Part shown: one piece after another, positions 1-10,918 of the stretch
Layout of the letters: every line of letters starts with the position of its first letter
How positions within the stretch are numbered: the stretch's first letter is position 1
NCBI GenBank assembly: GCA_965649765.1
Contig: OZ287751.1
Location: forward strand, 20,026,001-20,090,000
Direction of reading: 5' to 3'
Origin: Bispira polyomma
Lineage: Eukaryota
Length of the DNA: 64,000 nt
Made by a program: the position numbers and the translations under genes
The notes under the pieces: generated by a model
Database searches by the model: none
What the model was told of the DNA's origin: nothing
The model's input: the letters and a program-made list of their open reading frames with translations, nothing else

Positions 1-2110
1 ATTATTTTTTCAAATGGTTTTCTCAGAACTGAAAAAAAAAAAAAAAAAACCTTTACCATATACGTCTTATAATAGTTAAAGTTTTTTTATAGCATTTCAG
101 TTCATTCATACAAAAAGAAAAAAGTTTTTCATAATGTTTAAGCACAATTATAAAGAAATTATAGAGTTTCTCGTATTTCAGCCAGAATTTTACCAAGCAT
201 GTTTCCACCACTCCATTTTTCAGGATTCCAGATATTGTCATCAGTAAGAGAGATCCCAGCACCCCAGTATTTATCCCTGGGATTCGCTTCGATTAAGGTC
301 TTGTTTCCTGTATTCTTGAGGTATGTTGCCAACTCAGGATTTTGAGTGAATTTACCCCGGATACCTGCTTTCATTATAGAATCACACTCCCTTTTCCATG
401 TATCAACCTTGTAATTTCTTACTTTCCTACCCAGTGCTTTCACAGTAGCAAGTTCAGTTATTCTCAAAATTTCAGAAGCTGTGACATCATCACTAAAAAG
501 CTTTGCTTTATGGTACATCAGGAACTGTTCTACAGAAGAGAAAAGCAATTCATTTTGCTTAATGGAACAACTGAAGTGATTCGACAAAATTGAATGTCTC
601 ATGAAAAAGGCGATCTTGTTTCCTTCAGAAATAGTACTCAGATTGCTTGGCCTTAATTCCTCAGGTAAGGACTCAGTCTCATCAGTTGTATAAAGTTTGC
701 CATCTAGCAAAAGTTTGTCAACAACCAATCTGGCCTTATACTTTCCTGATATCCTGTTTACAGCTTGAAGAACTGGAGTGAAAAATCGACGTCTGGTAGC
801 TATCTCAGGGGGGAAGTCTTCCACAATCTTGACACCAACATCCTGGAATTTGGACCTTTCGTAAAACATCTTTTGTCTAGCTTTGAAGCTGAGAAATTTA
901 ACAATTATTGGGCGGTCGCCATATCCATAACTTGCAACTCTGTGTGCTCTTTCGATATCTGTACTACTGATGTTAATTCCATGTTCTGCACATAATCCCA
1001 AAATAATAGCTTCGCAGTCCTCTTTTTTCACAGTGTTGCGATCTGAACGGGAATCTTTGATGTTAAGGAATTTTAAGTTATTTCTCCTTGACACAACTTC
1101 CAATGACAGCAGCTTTTCTTCCATCTTTTGGCACCTAATTTTCTGTACAGAAAGTTCACTCTGTGTGTCTATTTGTTGTTTTTCCAATGATGACACTTTT
1201 CCGTCTATGTTTATCAATTCATCCAATTTATCCGTTGTAAATTGTAGTGAAGTCTTGACATTGTCTATCTCTAGCGATATAGGATCTAAACTAGCCCGTA
1301 ATTCTTGTTTTAGAAGAGCATGTATGTTGGCCATCGTGACCTGCATGTCGAGTGAGCCCGGAGACACTACCTCAAAATCTCTTTTCAAAAGTTTAGGGGT
1401 AGATTGAGATCCATCTTGTTTACGTTGTGAGTTTTTATTTGATGATGTAGGCATTTTTGCTCTATGATGATCTTTTTGGAAACTTTTGATGAATACCACT
1501 TATGTTCTTTCTAGATTATATGTGTTTCTATAAGACTCCTGTCTAAAAGCGCTAATTTGGTCTTTCTAAATATTTATCATAAATATTCTATGGAATCACT
1601 TCTGAGTGGGTGTTTAACGAAAGGCTCAGTTTCTGTTCATGTAAATAAACACAGATAATCCTTTCAGAGTCAATAAAACTTTAAAACACTTGTTAATAAA
1701 CACAAGTTATATTTATGTAGATAGTCATAGAATAAACTTGTAAACCAAATCAATTTATAAACTCATATTCTGTTCTTGTAATAGATCTTCTATTTTGTTG
1801 TTATTCTGTATTAATTCACACTTGTAAACTATCTTCCAAATTTTCTACTTGTGGAAGGTATTTTAGCTGAAACTAATTGCTAGAAAGTAATGTCAATCTG
1901 TATCTTCTACTGTACTACCGATAGCCATGTTGTTTTCACTGCTTCATTTGTAAATAATCAGACATGGGCTTATTATTGTATCCCCAAACAAAAGTTCGGA
2001 ATGCTACAGTTAAATGGTCCTGTCACACTGCCTTCTCCTAAATTTAATTTTGGACGCGATAAGTTTAAAATAGTTTAACCTGGAGCTTTTAAATTTGGTA
2101 TGTGGCTAAA
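1..2110 (-). mobile_element. 5' part of a putative L1/Tx1-clade LINE (5'UTR ~1500-2110, ORF1, start of a T-rich spacer); any ORF2 lies left of the window
   Basis: ORF1-type protein is intronless, with an A-rich leader on the minus strand and a U-rich tract after the stop. The 5' boundary is approximate, and no TSD can be tested. Confidence 0.55.
159..1499 (-). CDS. L1/Tx1-type non-LTR retrotransposon ORF1 protein (Transposase_22-like coiled coil + RRM + CTD) fused to a C-terminal NADAR (YbiA-like) domain; likely ATG at 1454 (431 aa)
   Basis: Uninterrupted 446-codon ORF. L1 ORF1p motifs: heptad-rich aa ~55-135, LEVVSRRNNLKFLNI, DIERAHRV, RPIIVKF, IVEDFPPEIATRRR. NADAR motifs in aa ~296-446 (nt ~614-162): FF..HSILSNH, SVEQFLMYHKAKLF, KALGRKVRNY, KFTQNPEL...L..TGNKTLIEANPRDKYWG, GGNMLGKILAEIRE. 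The ATG at 1454 is in an AAAAATG context. Confidence 0.9.
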   Translation of the reverse strand: MVFIKSFQKDHHRAKMPTSSNKNSQRKQDGSQSTPKLLKRDFEVVSPGSLDMQVTMANIHALLKQELRASLDPISLEIDNVKTSLQFTTDKLDELINIDGKVSSLEKQQIDTQSELSVQKIRCQKMEEKLLSLEVVSRRNNLKFLNIKDSRSDRNTVKKEDCEAIILGLCAEHGINISSTDIERAHRVASYGYGDRPIIVKFLSFKARQKMFYERSKFQDVGVKIVEDFPPEIATRRRFFTPVLQAVNRISGKYKARLVVDKLLLDGKLYTTDETESLPEELRPSNLSTISEGNKIAFFMRHSILSNHFSCSIKQNELLFSSVEQFLMYHKAKLFSDDVTASEILRITELATVKALGRKVRNYKVDTWKRECDSIMKAGIRGKFTQNPELATYLKNTGNKTLIEANPRDKYWGAGISLTDDNIWNPEKWSGGNMLGKILAEIRETL

Positions 2111-2824
2111 TAGCCTATCGTAGTGTTACCTATGTATAATTCGTACATATGTCCTCTACAAGCTTGCAGAAATTTGACTTCTTGAAAGGTCATTTACAGG
2201 GCACCAAAGTACCCCACTAAAACCAATTTAGAAGGTCAGCACTACTAGGCCCTTCTATCATGCCTATTATTGGCCTGAGAGGTTTGGAATTTGAAAGGAA
2301 TTTATAGGAACTCCAGGCAACATTGACGTTTCAGAGTTTCAACCAGACAGATTGCTTCAGATAGTTTAACCAGCCAATTAAATATCTTCATACAAAAATT
2401 TAATCATAAGAATCTTTGTTGAATACCAGCCCTGGCCTGAAAATCTTTTTGACCAGGTAAGATTTAACCTTGGGCCCCTCTGTCAAAGTCAAACGGTGGT
2501 GTCGACACTTCTAGACCCTAAATTAACAGGTTGGGAATGCTTATTATTATTGGTCCTACATGTTTGGAACCTATAGGGAATCATGACCTTGGTATCTTTT
2601 GACTATGAACCAAGGTCAAATTGGGGTGTCAATACTTCTGGGCCTTATATGTTGCTTAGTTTTGGTCCTACAGTTATGTAAGGTGAAACTAACTTGCAGG
2701 AAATCATGACTTGTGAATCTTTTCAAATCAAATTCAAATGTGTAGTTTTACCGCAGGGTCAGAAAGGTATTACACTGACAAATATGTTTAGTCAGTTCTT
2801 TAGGATAAATTTAACTGAGTTGTT

Positions 2825-2972
2825 AAAGATCATGGTTAAAAAAAGGTCATTTAGTTTGCACACCAAATTTTACATGCTTGACCCCTGGCCTTGATTCCTT
2901 GTAAAGGAAGGTGTGGACATTCTTCTCCCATCAGCCACAACAATGGTAAACAAGTCTTTATCTCAAGGTGCC
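2825..2972 (+). pseudogene. Decayed L2/CR1-type LINE ORF2 fragment (pre-RT region)
   Basis: Translates as ...MLDPWP*FLVKEGVDILLPSATTMVNKSLSQG, resembling the S/LDPIPTWLLKEC..ELLP.IT.IVN.SL..G block of L2/CR1 ORF2. Confidence 0.65.
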
Positions 2973-5587
2973 AAAAGACAGGTCAACATTTCTTAATCTC
3001 AAGGTCCCCCCGCTACGCTAAACAAGATTGTTTTCACTCCTATCTATTGACAGACAGGTGTAACAAATGATCAGGTGGAACTCGTACATTGTTTCCAATC
3101 AAACGCACCAATGGTGCGTCACTATGTTAAATTTCCCTCTCATGTAGTTGATAACTTTCTAACGTTTGTGAAAACAGCTGATATATGTCTCATACAGATG
3201 AACCAGCAAGACAAAACTGGTTTGTGCTAAGTTAGTGTCATTTAGTAGCAGTTAGTTACCATTCGTTGGTATTAATGGGTATTCGTTACTGTTTGTGATG
3301 CCTGTTTCTCATTGGTGGGGATTAGTGTCAGTTGGTGTTCGTGAAAGTATGTGTCAGTTCCAGGGCACAGGTTGGTATCACATGGTTACGAGTACACAAC
3401 TTTGTGGGTGGGGGTTGCGGAGGTCTATTGATGGGCGAAAGCCCACGAACCAGGATTTCCTAGATGCAATGAATACTGCCAAATATTCGTCTAAATGATA
3501 CCGGGCCATAATGAAGTACAACAGGCCCTCAAGCATACCATGTAAGATAGAATTCTTATATAATTAAAATAGTTGTGTCCTCGTGAGATGGTATCATGTA
3601 GGTAATAAGATAGATTATTTAGTGACTAGCGTATATATTTCATGCTACAATTAACACTTAAACAGTAATTATCATACCCAACCCACAAAGTCTTATTAGT
3701 GGTTTAAAAAACATAACTGAAGAGTGCAGACTATTATGAGAGAAAAAAAATCTACTTTATGGTAAAATTTCAATAAATATTGTGTTCATTGTTGGCAAAT
3801 TACTTTTATCAGTACATTTTCAACAGGTGTCATGAATAGTTATTTTCCAATTTCAAGAGACATTTTTACTCGTAACTAGTGTTCATTAGGTTGGTATCAT
3901 TATTTCTAAGAAACTGTATCTTGAAAATGTAAACAATTTATACACAGTACTTTTTTTATAGTCTAGTTTTTTTTATAAGCAGGTTTTTTTGTATGTACAT
4001 CGTTCATCATATCAGGTAAAGGTAGTCAGGTTTTGAACCAGTACAAGTTTTTATGTTGTGGGTTTAAAATTGAATATAAATTTCATAATATTATAGATAT
4101 AAACACGGAGAGGTAATTTAACACCACCAAATAGGTTATAAGCCCTTGTTTAACTAAACTAGTTATAAAATATGCAACCTGTCTCCTACATATTAGAGTT
4201 TGTTTTCTCAGTCATAAGATAAAAAAAACACCCACAATGTTCGTTTACTAAAACATGATGACACTCTGTTACATGCCAATTCGTCTCTGTAAAGTGCTGT
4301 CTTTTCCTATTATAAAACCAATTTATAATACGTATTGTTAAAGGAAAGTATAAAATGTGTGTACGACTTTTGGCACATCCCAAATTGAGTTAGGGAGAGA
4401 GATGTATTGAATCAACATGAATTGGCAATTTTCACAGACCAACAGGATTTGTTTGAATTAATGCTGAATAAAACCAGTACGAAATGTAGTCAAGTAGAAC
4501 ATGTCATTATTATTCATGTTATGCAATGGCTGTTACTTGGTCTCTGAACTTAAAAAAGAATACCATTCAGAATTATCAGGCAGTATACACTTTGCAGTGT
4601 GTGGATTTAGTATTGAAGAGTTAAAGTTTACTAGTACATAAATCATAAACAGAAATGGATAATTGGAAAGTACTGTACAGTGTTTGTCAAGTTATCCGTA
4701 TTCTTTTTCATATTGTCGATGATTAAAGGGAATCTTTTAAGAATGACATGGAATAATAGTAATTTTATGTATTAATAAACAATGACAATAGGATTGCATG
4801 GAAAAATTAATGAACTGTATTTTTCTATAATACAGTTAGTAATACAGATATATTATTTATATATTAAACATGAAAGTGTCCTATGTACAGCTTTCCTGCT
4901 TGTGTATATTTGCGGGACATCTTGTTCAGAACTTACAGAGTGGATTACATGTATTGTATTGGCCTTGTCAATGAGATTATTGCTCAAGATCTACGAGATT
5001 CTCATTATTATATGTATGCAGTTATCATTGCAGTTATTTAGCATGGTAATTCACTTAGTAAATAAAACTCTGAAACCCAGTCTCTTGAATGCTGTAAAAA
5101 AATTATGGATAAGCCTATTTTGGAAATTGCCAGTCAATCGCGAAACACAAGTAAGGTTTGAATACTCTTTTATCTGTGCAATAAGGGCGCATTATGGTCA
5201 TATTAACATTTTTGACAGAAAATGGTTGGCATTCAGTGGCCTAATATTGTAACCAACATAATTTATCAATGCCATAATTCACCTGGACGATTAAAAAAGA
5301 AAAAAACCCCATTATTTATAGCAAATATTAGTCAAAATTACACCAAGTTATCGTTGAAAAATCTTTGTATGCCCATAATGCGCCCATATTTATTTATAAA
5401 TGCCATGATGTCCAAGGTAGCAGCTAAGTCCTTAAGTTGGATTTCCATAAAACATTTGTCTTGTTTATTTGATGGGTAATATTGTTATAATTTATTGTGT
5501 AACATTGGCTTATTTTGCGTTAAATAAAATATTTAGATGTACATATATCAATACAGTGATACACTGGTAAGTTGTATCTAAAAGGGC

Positions 5588-5837
5588 TACTGCTTGTGCT
5601 CATAACTCGGCCGCCTGTCATAAATCGGCCACCATACAATAAATGTGTCATAATTTCAAATTAATTAGATTTATTTGCCTAATTTTGCCTAACAATACAG
5701 TACTTCCTTGAATATTAGTATTGTAATTGTTTTACTTGAATCATGTGGTCCATTTTGTATCTAGATTGTTAATAATTACTATTTAAAATGGGACGGCCGA
5801 TTTACAACTGGCGGCCGAATTATAACCAGAGGCAGTA
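5588..5837. mobile_element. MITE, Tc1/mariner/pogo type
   Basis: Imperfect ~46-bp TIRs (tactgcttgtgctcataactcggccgcc... / ...ggcggccgaattataaccagaggcagta) with TA at both ends. Confidence 0.8.
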
Positions 5838-5856
5838 CATGTATAAATATTAGTTC

Positions 5857-6154
5857 TACAGTTGAACCCCTTTAAGATACAGTTGAACCCCTTTAAGATA
5901 CAGTTGAACCCCTTCAAGATACAGTTGAACCCCTTTAAGATACAGTTGAACCTCTTTAAGATACAGTTGAACCCCTTTAAGATACACCTTTAAGATACAG
6001 TTGAACCCCTTTAAGATACAGTTGAACCCCTTCAAGATACAGTTGAACCCCTTTAAGATACAGTTGAACCTCTTTAAGATACAGTTGAACCCCTTTAAGA
6101 TACACCTTTAAGATACAGTTGAACCCCTTTAAGATACAGTTGAACCTCTTTAAG
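5857..6154 (+). repeat. 21-bp tandem repeat (TACAGTTGAACCCCTTTAAGA) with a 118-bp higher-order unit
   Basis: 13 full-length or near-full units plus two 13-bp truncated units. The variant order A-B-A-C-A-short is repeated at 5878-5995 and 5996-6113. Confidence 0.95.
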
Positions 6155-6593
6155 TCGAACCTTAAGGGACCAGGAGAAATACCTCTGCTTAAGCAGAATT
6201 TCCACTTAACAGGGTTGATTTGAAAGAAAAGACCTTTGTGGGACTTCAAATTTGTCTCCACATAACAGGGAAAATGACTTAACAGAGTTCTACTTAACAG
6301 GGTTCGACTGTAAACCTCAAGGGACCAGGAATAATACCTCTACTTGAGCAGGATTTCTACTTAACAGGGTAGATTTAAAAAAGAAAAGGCCTTCATGGGA
6401 CTTCAAATTTGTTTCCACATAACAGGGAAAATTACTTAACTGAGTACTACTTAAAGGGGTTCGACTGTACTTAACAGTAATTCTACTCAACCAGGTAAAT
6501 TTTCATTATAAATATGGCAATGAGACCTTAAATTAACTTCTACTTAACAGGTAATTCCACTTATATAGTTCTACTTAACATGGTTTAACTGTA
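6135..6593. mobile_element. Three tandem Tigger/pogo-like MITE copies or ends
   Basis: ~157-bp direct duplication (~6155-6312, ~6313-6469), each ending GGGTTCGACTGTA; a third piece ends GGTTTAACTGTA. The same family occurs at ~45709, ~47235 and ~59455. Confidence 0.75.
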
Positions 6594-7539
6594 ATTACTT
6601 ACTGATGACCACCAACGCTATGTCATAGGACTTATAAATCCCTTCTTGAAGAATAAGCATCCCAGATGATGCATTGTGGGAAATTTGGCTCTATATAAAT
6701 GCTTTAATGAAAAAGTAGGCCGAAGAGGAGCTGTCTCCCCTATTCCTACAACTAAGAAAGAAATCCCCTTAAATTTCATGAGATTATGTCAGATTGTAAA
6801 TATCCCCAAATATGCTTTTCTGGGGCTTTTGTCATGGTGTTTTTTAAGAAATTAGTTTTAAAAGTTTAAATTGCAGTATATATATATTATTAGGCAAGCG
6901 ACATAAGTTGAATTGAGGGTAAAACAATGTCTTTTGATGGTGTGTAATTTAAACCAGGAGGCTAAATTACAGTATTGTCATAGTGTGGAAATTAGCTAGT
7001 TCACTTTCAGTAAAAACTAAAAGTCATTAGGGTTAACTTAATATAAAGTCTAAAAATAAAAGGTGTTATTTCTGTTTGTATATGTTTGTTTTATAATTAG
7101 CATTCTGCACATATAGTTGACCACCCTGTCATCTGCTACATTTCAAACTTAAAAGGCTATCAGGATCTATTTCATGTCATCTTAATGACTCAGCCAAACC
7201 AGCACCCTGTAGGGCTTCTACGTTCTAATAACCCCACATATAAAATGGACCCAGTTATTATTAAACATAAAAGGTCAGCCCTATGTAAATATAGGCTTTT
7301 GGAGTGATGACTCTTCTCTGACAACAATTGGACTTTGATCACCTACTGTAAGACAATAGCCATTGTTAAGTCCTATGTTAGTATGTGCTCTTGGGAGTGC
7401 CTACTCTTGAATAGCCTATAAACTTAATTAGCTTGGATCCAACAACAGTCAATTTTATTCTGATGTTTAACTAATTGTTAAAGCAGTAGTTGACCCCACA
7501 GAAAGCATTTAATTGGTCAGATGTATGTACTACATTATG

Positions 7540-7955
7540 TTAATTAATATCTCATTAGTTAAAACATTGAATAGTGTGGTCACTCAGTGAAGGTTACTGT
7601 GTATATAAACCCCAGTTTTTATTGTAAATAGGCGTGGTATAATGTATTAAAAACAAAAGTAGAAGGAAAAGGGCAGAGAACAACATAGAAATAGAGTGAG
7701 GAATTGAAATATAGAAGAGAACTAAAATATAGGATAGAATTAGATAATATAAGTATAGATAGAGATATAGTGAAAGTTACAACAAAGAGACATTTATTTA
7801 AAGTGAGACTTAACTACTATTGAAGTGACATCTAATAAACTATTTTGTTATTATTAATTTGTTGTATTTGAAAACTACCAAATAAAAGTGGAAATCATCA
7901 GCTTTGCATTTTACATCCTGTCTACCTGACTACACCCCAGAGTCAACATATAACA
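7540..7955 (+). mobile_element. Possible solo LTR
   Basis: TATATAA box at ~7602, purine-rich stretch, AATAAA at ~7834 and ~7881, and an end in ...CATATAACA. The 5' TG end and TSD are not resolved. Confidence 0.3.
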
Positions 7956-9600
7956 GTATGTACGAGATATTAACAATAACTCTTAGATCTTAGTGGCAAT
8001 GAATAATGCTTCCAGCAAAAAGTATGGACACCACTATTAATTACATAAAAATGATGGCAGATCAATAAAAAATCATTAATGACAGAAAGTTGTGGATACT
8101 GAATGACATAATATTATAACCATATTTAGTAAATAAAATTGTCTCAATGCAGAAATTTGTCAAGAAAAAACCCGAAATCACACCTTATTTTGGGTATGCC
8201 CATATTGCGCCCCAAAATGCCCATAATATGCAGGGTAGCAGTATAGAAAGGAGACATTTCAATTTTGGTGGTGAAGATATTATCATTAATTGGTAGACTT
8301 TGTTTATTTATTAGCCAAGCAATACTACAACTTGCATCTATGTTTGTCACTTAACTACTGACTTTCTCACAGAGGACCCTGTCTTTATCTGAAATAGGTT
8401 CTACCTCCCCTAGCAAATATGTATACTTCAAATTATGGTGAAATAAACAATTTTCTTGTCTATACAAAAAAGATAATAGTTGTGATAATGTATGTAAAAC
8501 CTACAGAGCCCTGAATGGGTCTATTACTTCGACTTGTGTACAATGAGTAAAAAATGTTTGACAAATGTTTTTTACTTTGGCACTTTTTCAAATTTTATTT
8601 TTCTGTAACTTTCTAAATTTTAGCATCTAGGTCCAGAATTGCGACGATTTGTATTGGTTAGGTGAATAATAGTTAGCAGAGCTGGAAGGCTGTACTTGAG
8701 CAATCAAGAAAAGATTGTAATTAATGCTTTGAATACTAGGCAGATAATGGTAGATAAATACAATACAATAAAATGTTAAAGATTTTCTTTGGGATGTTTC
8801 CAACTTTCACTAACAAAAAATGGTCTTATTTCTATGTACATATGAATAATGATACAATTTTGGGCATAACAGAGCTACTAAATGAATTATAAATGGTACC
8901 AGTTTGAAACAGATAATTTTGGTGCCTTTTAAATAACGGCCTTGTGCGTAACTAATTATTTTATAAATTATGAAAATATAATTAATGATCCAGAACTTAT
9001 TTAAGCTCTTATGATAAATAATCCCATTTATTTAGACAATCCCTGCAATTGATCAGTGATATTTTACAAAAAGCCATCATTATGAAGCCATCAAAATAGC
9101 AGGGGCAGGTGTCCTATTCTAAGTTCAAAAACACAGAGTTACCCTAACTGGACAGATGGGAGTCTGTGAGCAAAATGCTCTGCATAATGTGATGTTAAAG
9201 AGAAAAAGGTGTTAGTATTTATTGTCATTGTTATTTACTCAAGGTCACTAAAGATTGAAAAAAATTAGGCTTTTTTTTAAAAAAAAAGACAGAACACAGT
9301 GTTTTATAAAGGTCTTTAATATTATTACAAAATATTTTTTTTGAAAAAGTGGCAATATTTCTTTTGGGTTTTCTGTTGATCAAACTCCTTGTAATATAAG
9401 AGAATGGGAACTTAATGTTATTTTTAGCAGTTTCATTGATTTTAATTTAAACACCATATGGCTTACTTGGCATGTGTGATACGCTGTGACAACGGCGAAA
9501 AAAATGTCAAAGATTTAAATAAGAGAAAAAAATGTCATTCATGCACATTTTTTTTTCCTCCATCCCATTGTTATTATTTTTTTTCTGTTTAATATTTTTT

Positions 9601-9720
9601 TATTTTGCACCAAACTTTGTGAGTAGTGTCTTTCTCTAGAGTTTGTCAATACATTCTTAATATTTTGCACCAAACTTTATGAGTAGTGTCTTTCTCTAGA
9701 GTTTGTCAATACATTCTTAA
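9601..9720 (+). repeat. 60-bp direct tandem duplication
   Basis: 9601-9660 and 9661-9720 are identical except for one base. Confidence 0.95.
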
Positions 9721-10727
9721 TGGTGACATGTGTTAAGTCACCATTTGTTGCACAGATTTCTGTTCAGTCAGCAACAATTTATAGAACTGTTATAATATGA
9801 TGATACTGTGTGCAAGAAGTGAATTTGTAATGTTGTGTTATTAGCTTTAGGATATATAACTATATTTGAGAAGACAAAGGAAAGTATATAATAATTTGTA
9901 GATACATTTTACAATTTTATTTTGTAAAGCGTTCATTAAATTCTGCATTTGACTTGCACTTTAGTCAACATTTGTTAGGTTTTATCAAATCATTTTGTAC
10001 TTGTTAGGACTAACAATTAGGGGCAAGCAGAAATAACTACATTCTATATGATATACTTTTAACTACTGTACAGCATTAAAGAATGCACAGATATTGGCGT
10101 TTCTAGTGTTGCACAAACAGACAGGTATATTAACTAAATATTACTGGCATAATTAATAACCCATTTCAATACCAGGGTTCTTGTAAAACAGCGCCCAGTG
10201 GCCGCCGTTTCAACACCAATAACTTTCTTATTTGGAGAAAATATACACAAAATCTTGGATAGGTGCATCACTAATTGTCACAATAACTCAGTTTTAATGT
10301 GTTTTACATAATATTCCAGAATTTTGTTGCACTTAAAGTTTAAGTCTTAAACTAGAAAAAGTAAATAGAAGTTGCAATACAAAATCTTTCTCAGATCAAA
10401 TAATCATAATGTAACATTATCTTTAAATGTATTTCATAGTAAGTCTTATGTATTGCAAGAACTTGTTAGATAAATTCAATAGTGTCACCAATGCTTTTGA
10501 AGAGATTTTCCAGTTGACTTTTTCTTTATTAGTTATGTTATCAGTGGGTGTTAAAACGGCAAATCCTGAATGGGGTACTATTTTTGACACAGTCCCTAGT
10601 GTCACAATATCAGGTAACACTACCCTTCCTTGTGGTTGTGGATATGCAATGTCATAGTCTTATCTTAGTTTCACCTTTGACCTCACAGTGATAACCTTGA
10701 CCTCAATATTTATATGCTCTTACTTCT

Positions 10728-10918
10728 ATGGTCCTGGGTTGAATCATGGCTTGGGATATAAGTGGTAAAGTTGGCAGTGACTTGCCATTGGTTGCTGGTT
10801 TACAGCGTAGAATCTTGACGACTTAGTATACACTAGTTTCCTCCAGCACTGGAACTGCCCGTCGTGATATGACCTATACGATGCGTCGAAAGCGACGTTA
10901 AACCCAAATCAAATCAAT
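10728..10918 (+). mobile_element. tRNA-derived SINE, family 1 (V-domain-like core, ...GCGACGTTAAACCCAAATCAAATCAA tail)
   Basis: Box-B-like GGTTGAATC, GTTTCCTCC core and a shared 3' tail. Related copies at ~12008-12135 plus ~12700-12775 (-), ~14465-14735 (+) and ~55425-55620 (-). Confidence 0.7.

Noticed and set aside
32-49. A18 run as the poly(A) tail of the ORF1-NADAR LINE
   Set aside because: It is on the + strand while the element is on the - strand, where it reads as poly(T).
162-614. NADAR as bacterial contamination
   Set aside because: It is in frame with a eukaryotic L1 ORF1p, has the same AT-rich composition and is contiguous with animal repeats and a spliced gene; there is no operon context.
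342-1407. + strand ORFs 342-593, 765-995 and 970-1407, and - strand ORF 53-262
   Set aside because: Antisense or alternative-frame shadows of the 159-1499 ORF with no recognisable motifs.
4782-5479. Hydrophobic ORFs 4782-5252 and 5222-5479
   Set aside because: AT-rich chance ORFs overlapping repeat fragments, with no motifs or convincing splice structure.
5857-6261. CRISPR-like array, or the repetitive ORF 5977-6261 (LKGVQLY)n
   Set aside because: Units are head-to-tail with no unique spacers and no cas genes; the ORF is a by-product of the 21-bp period.
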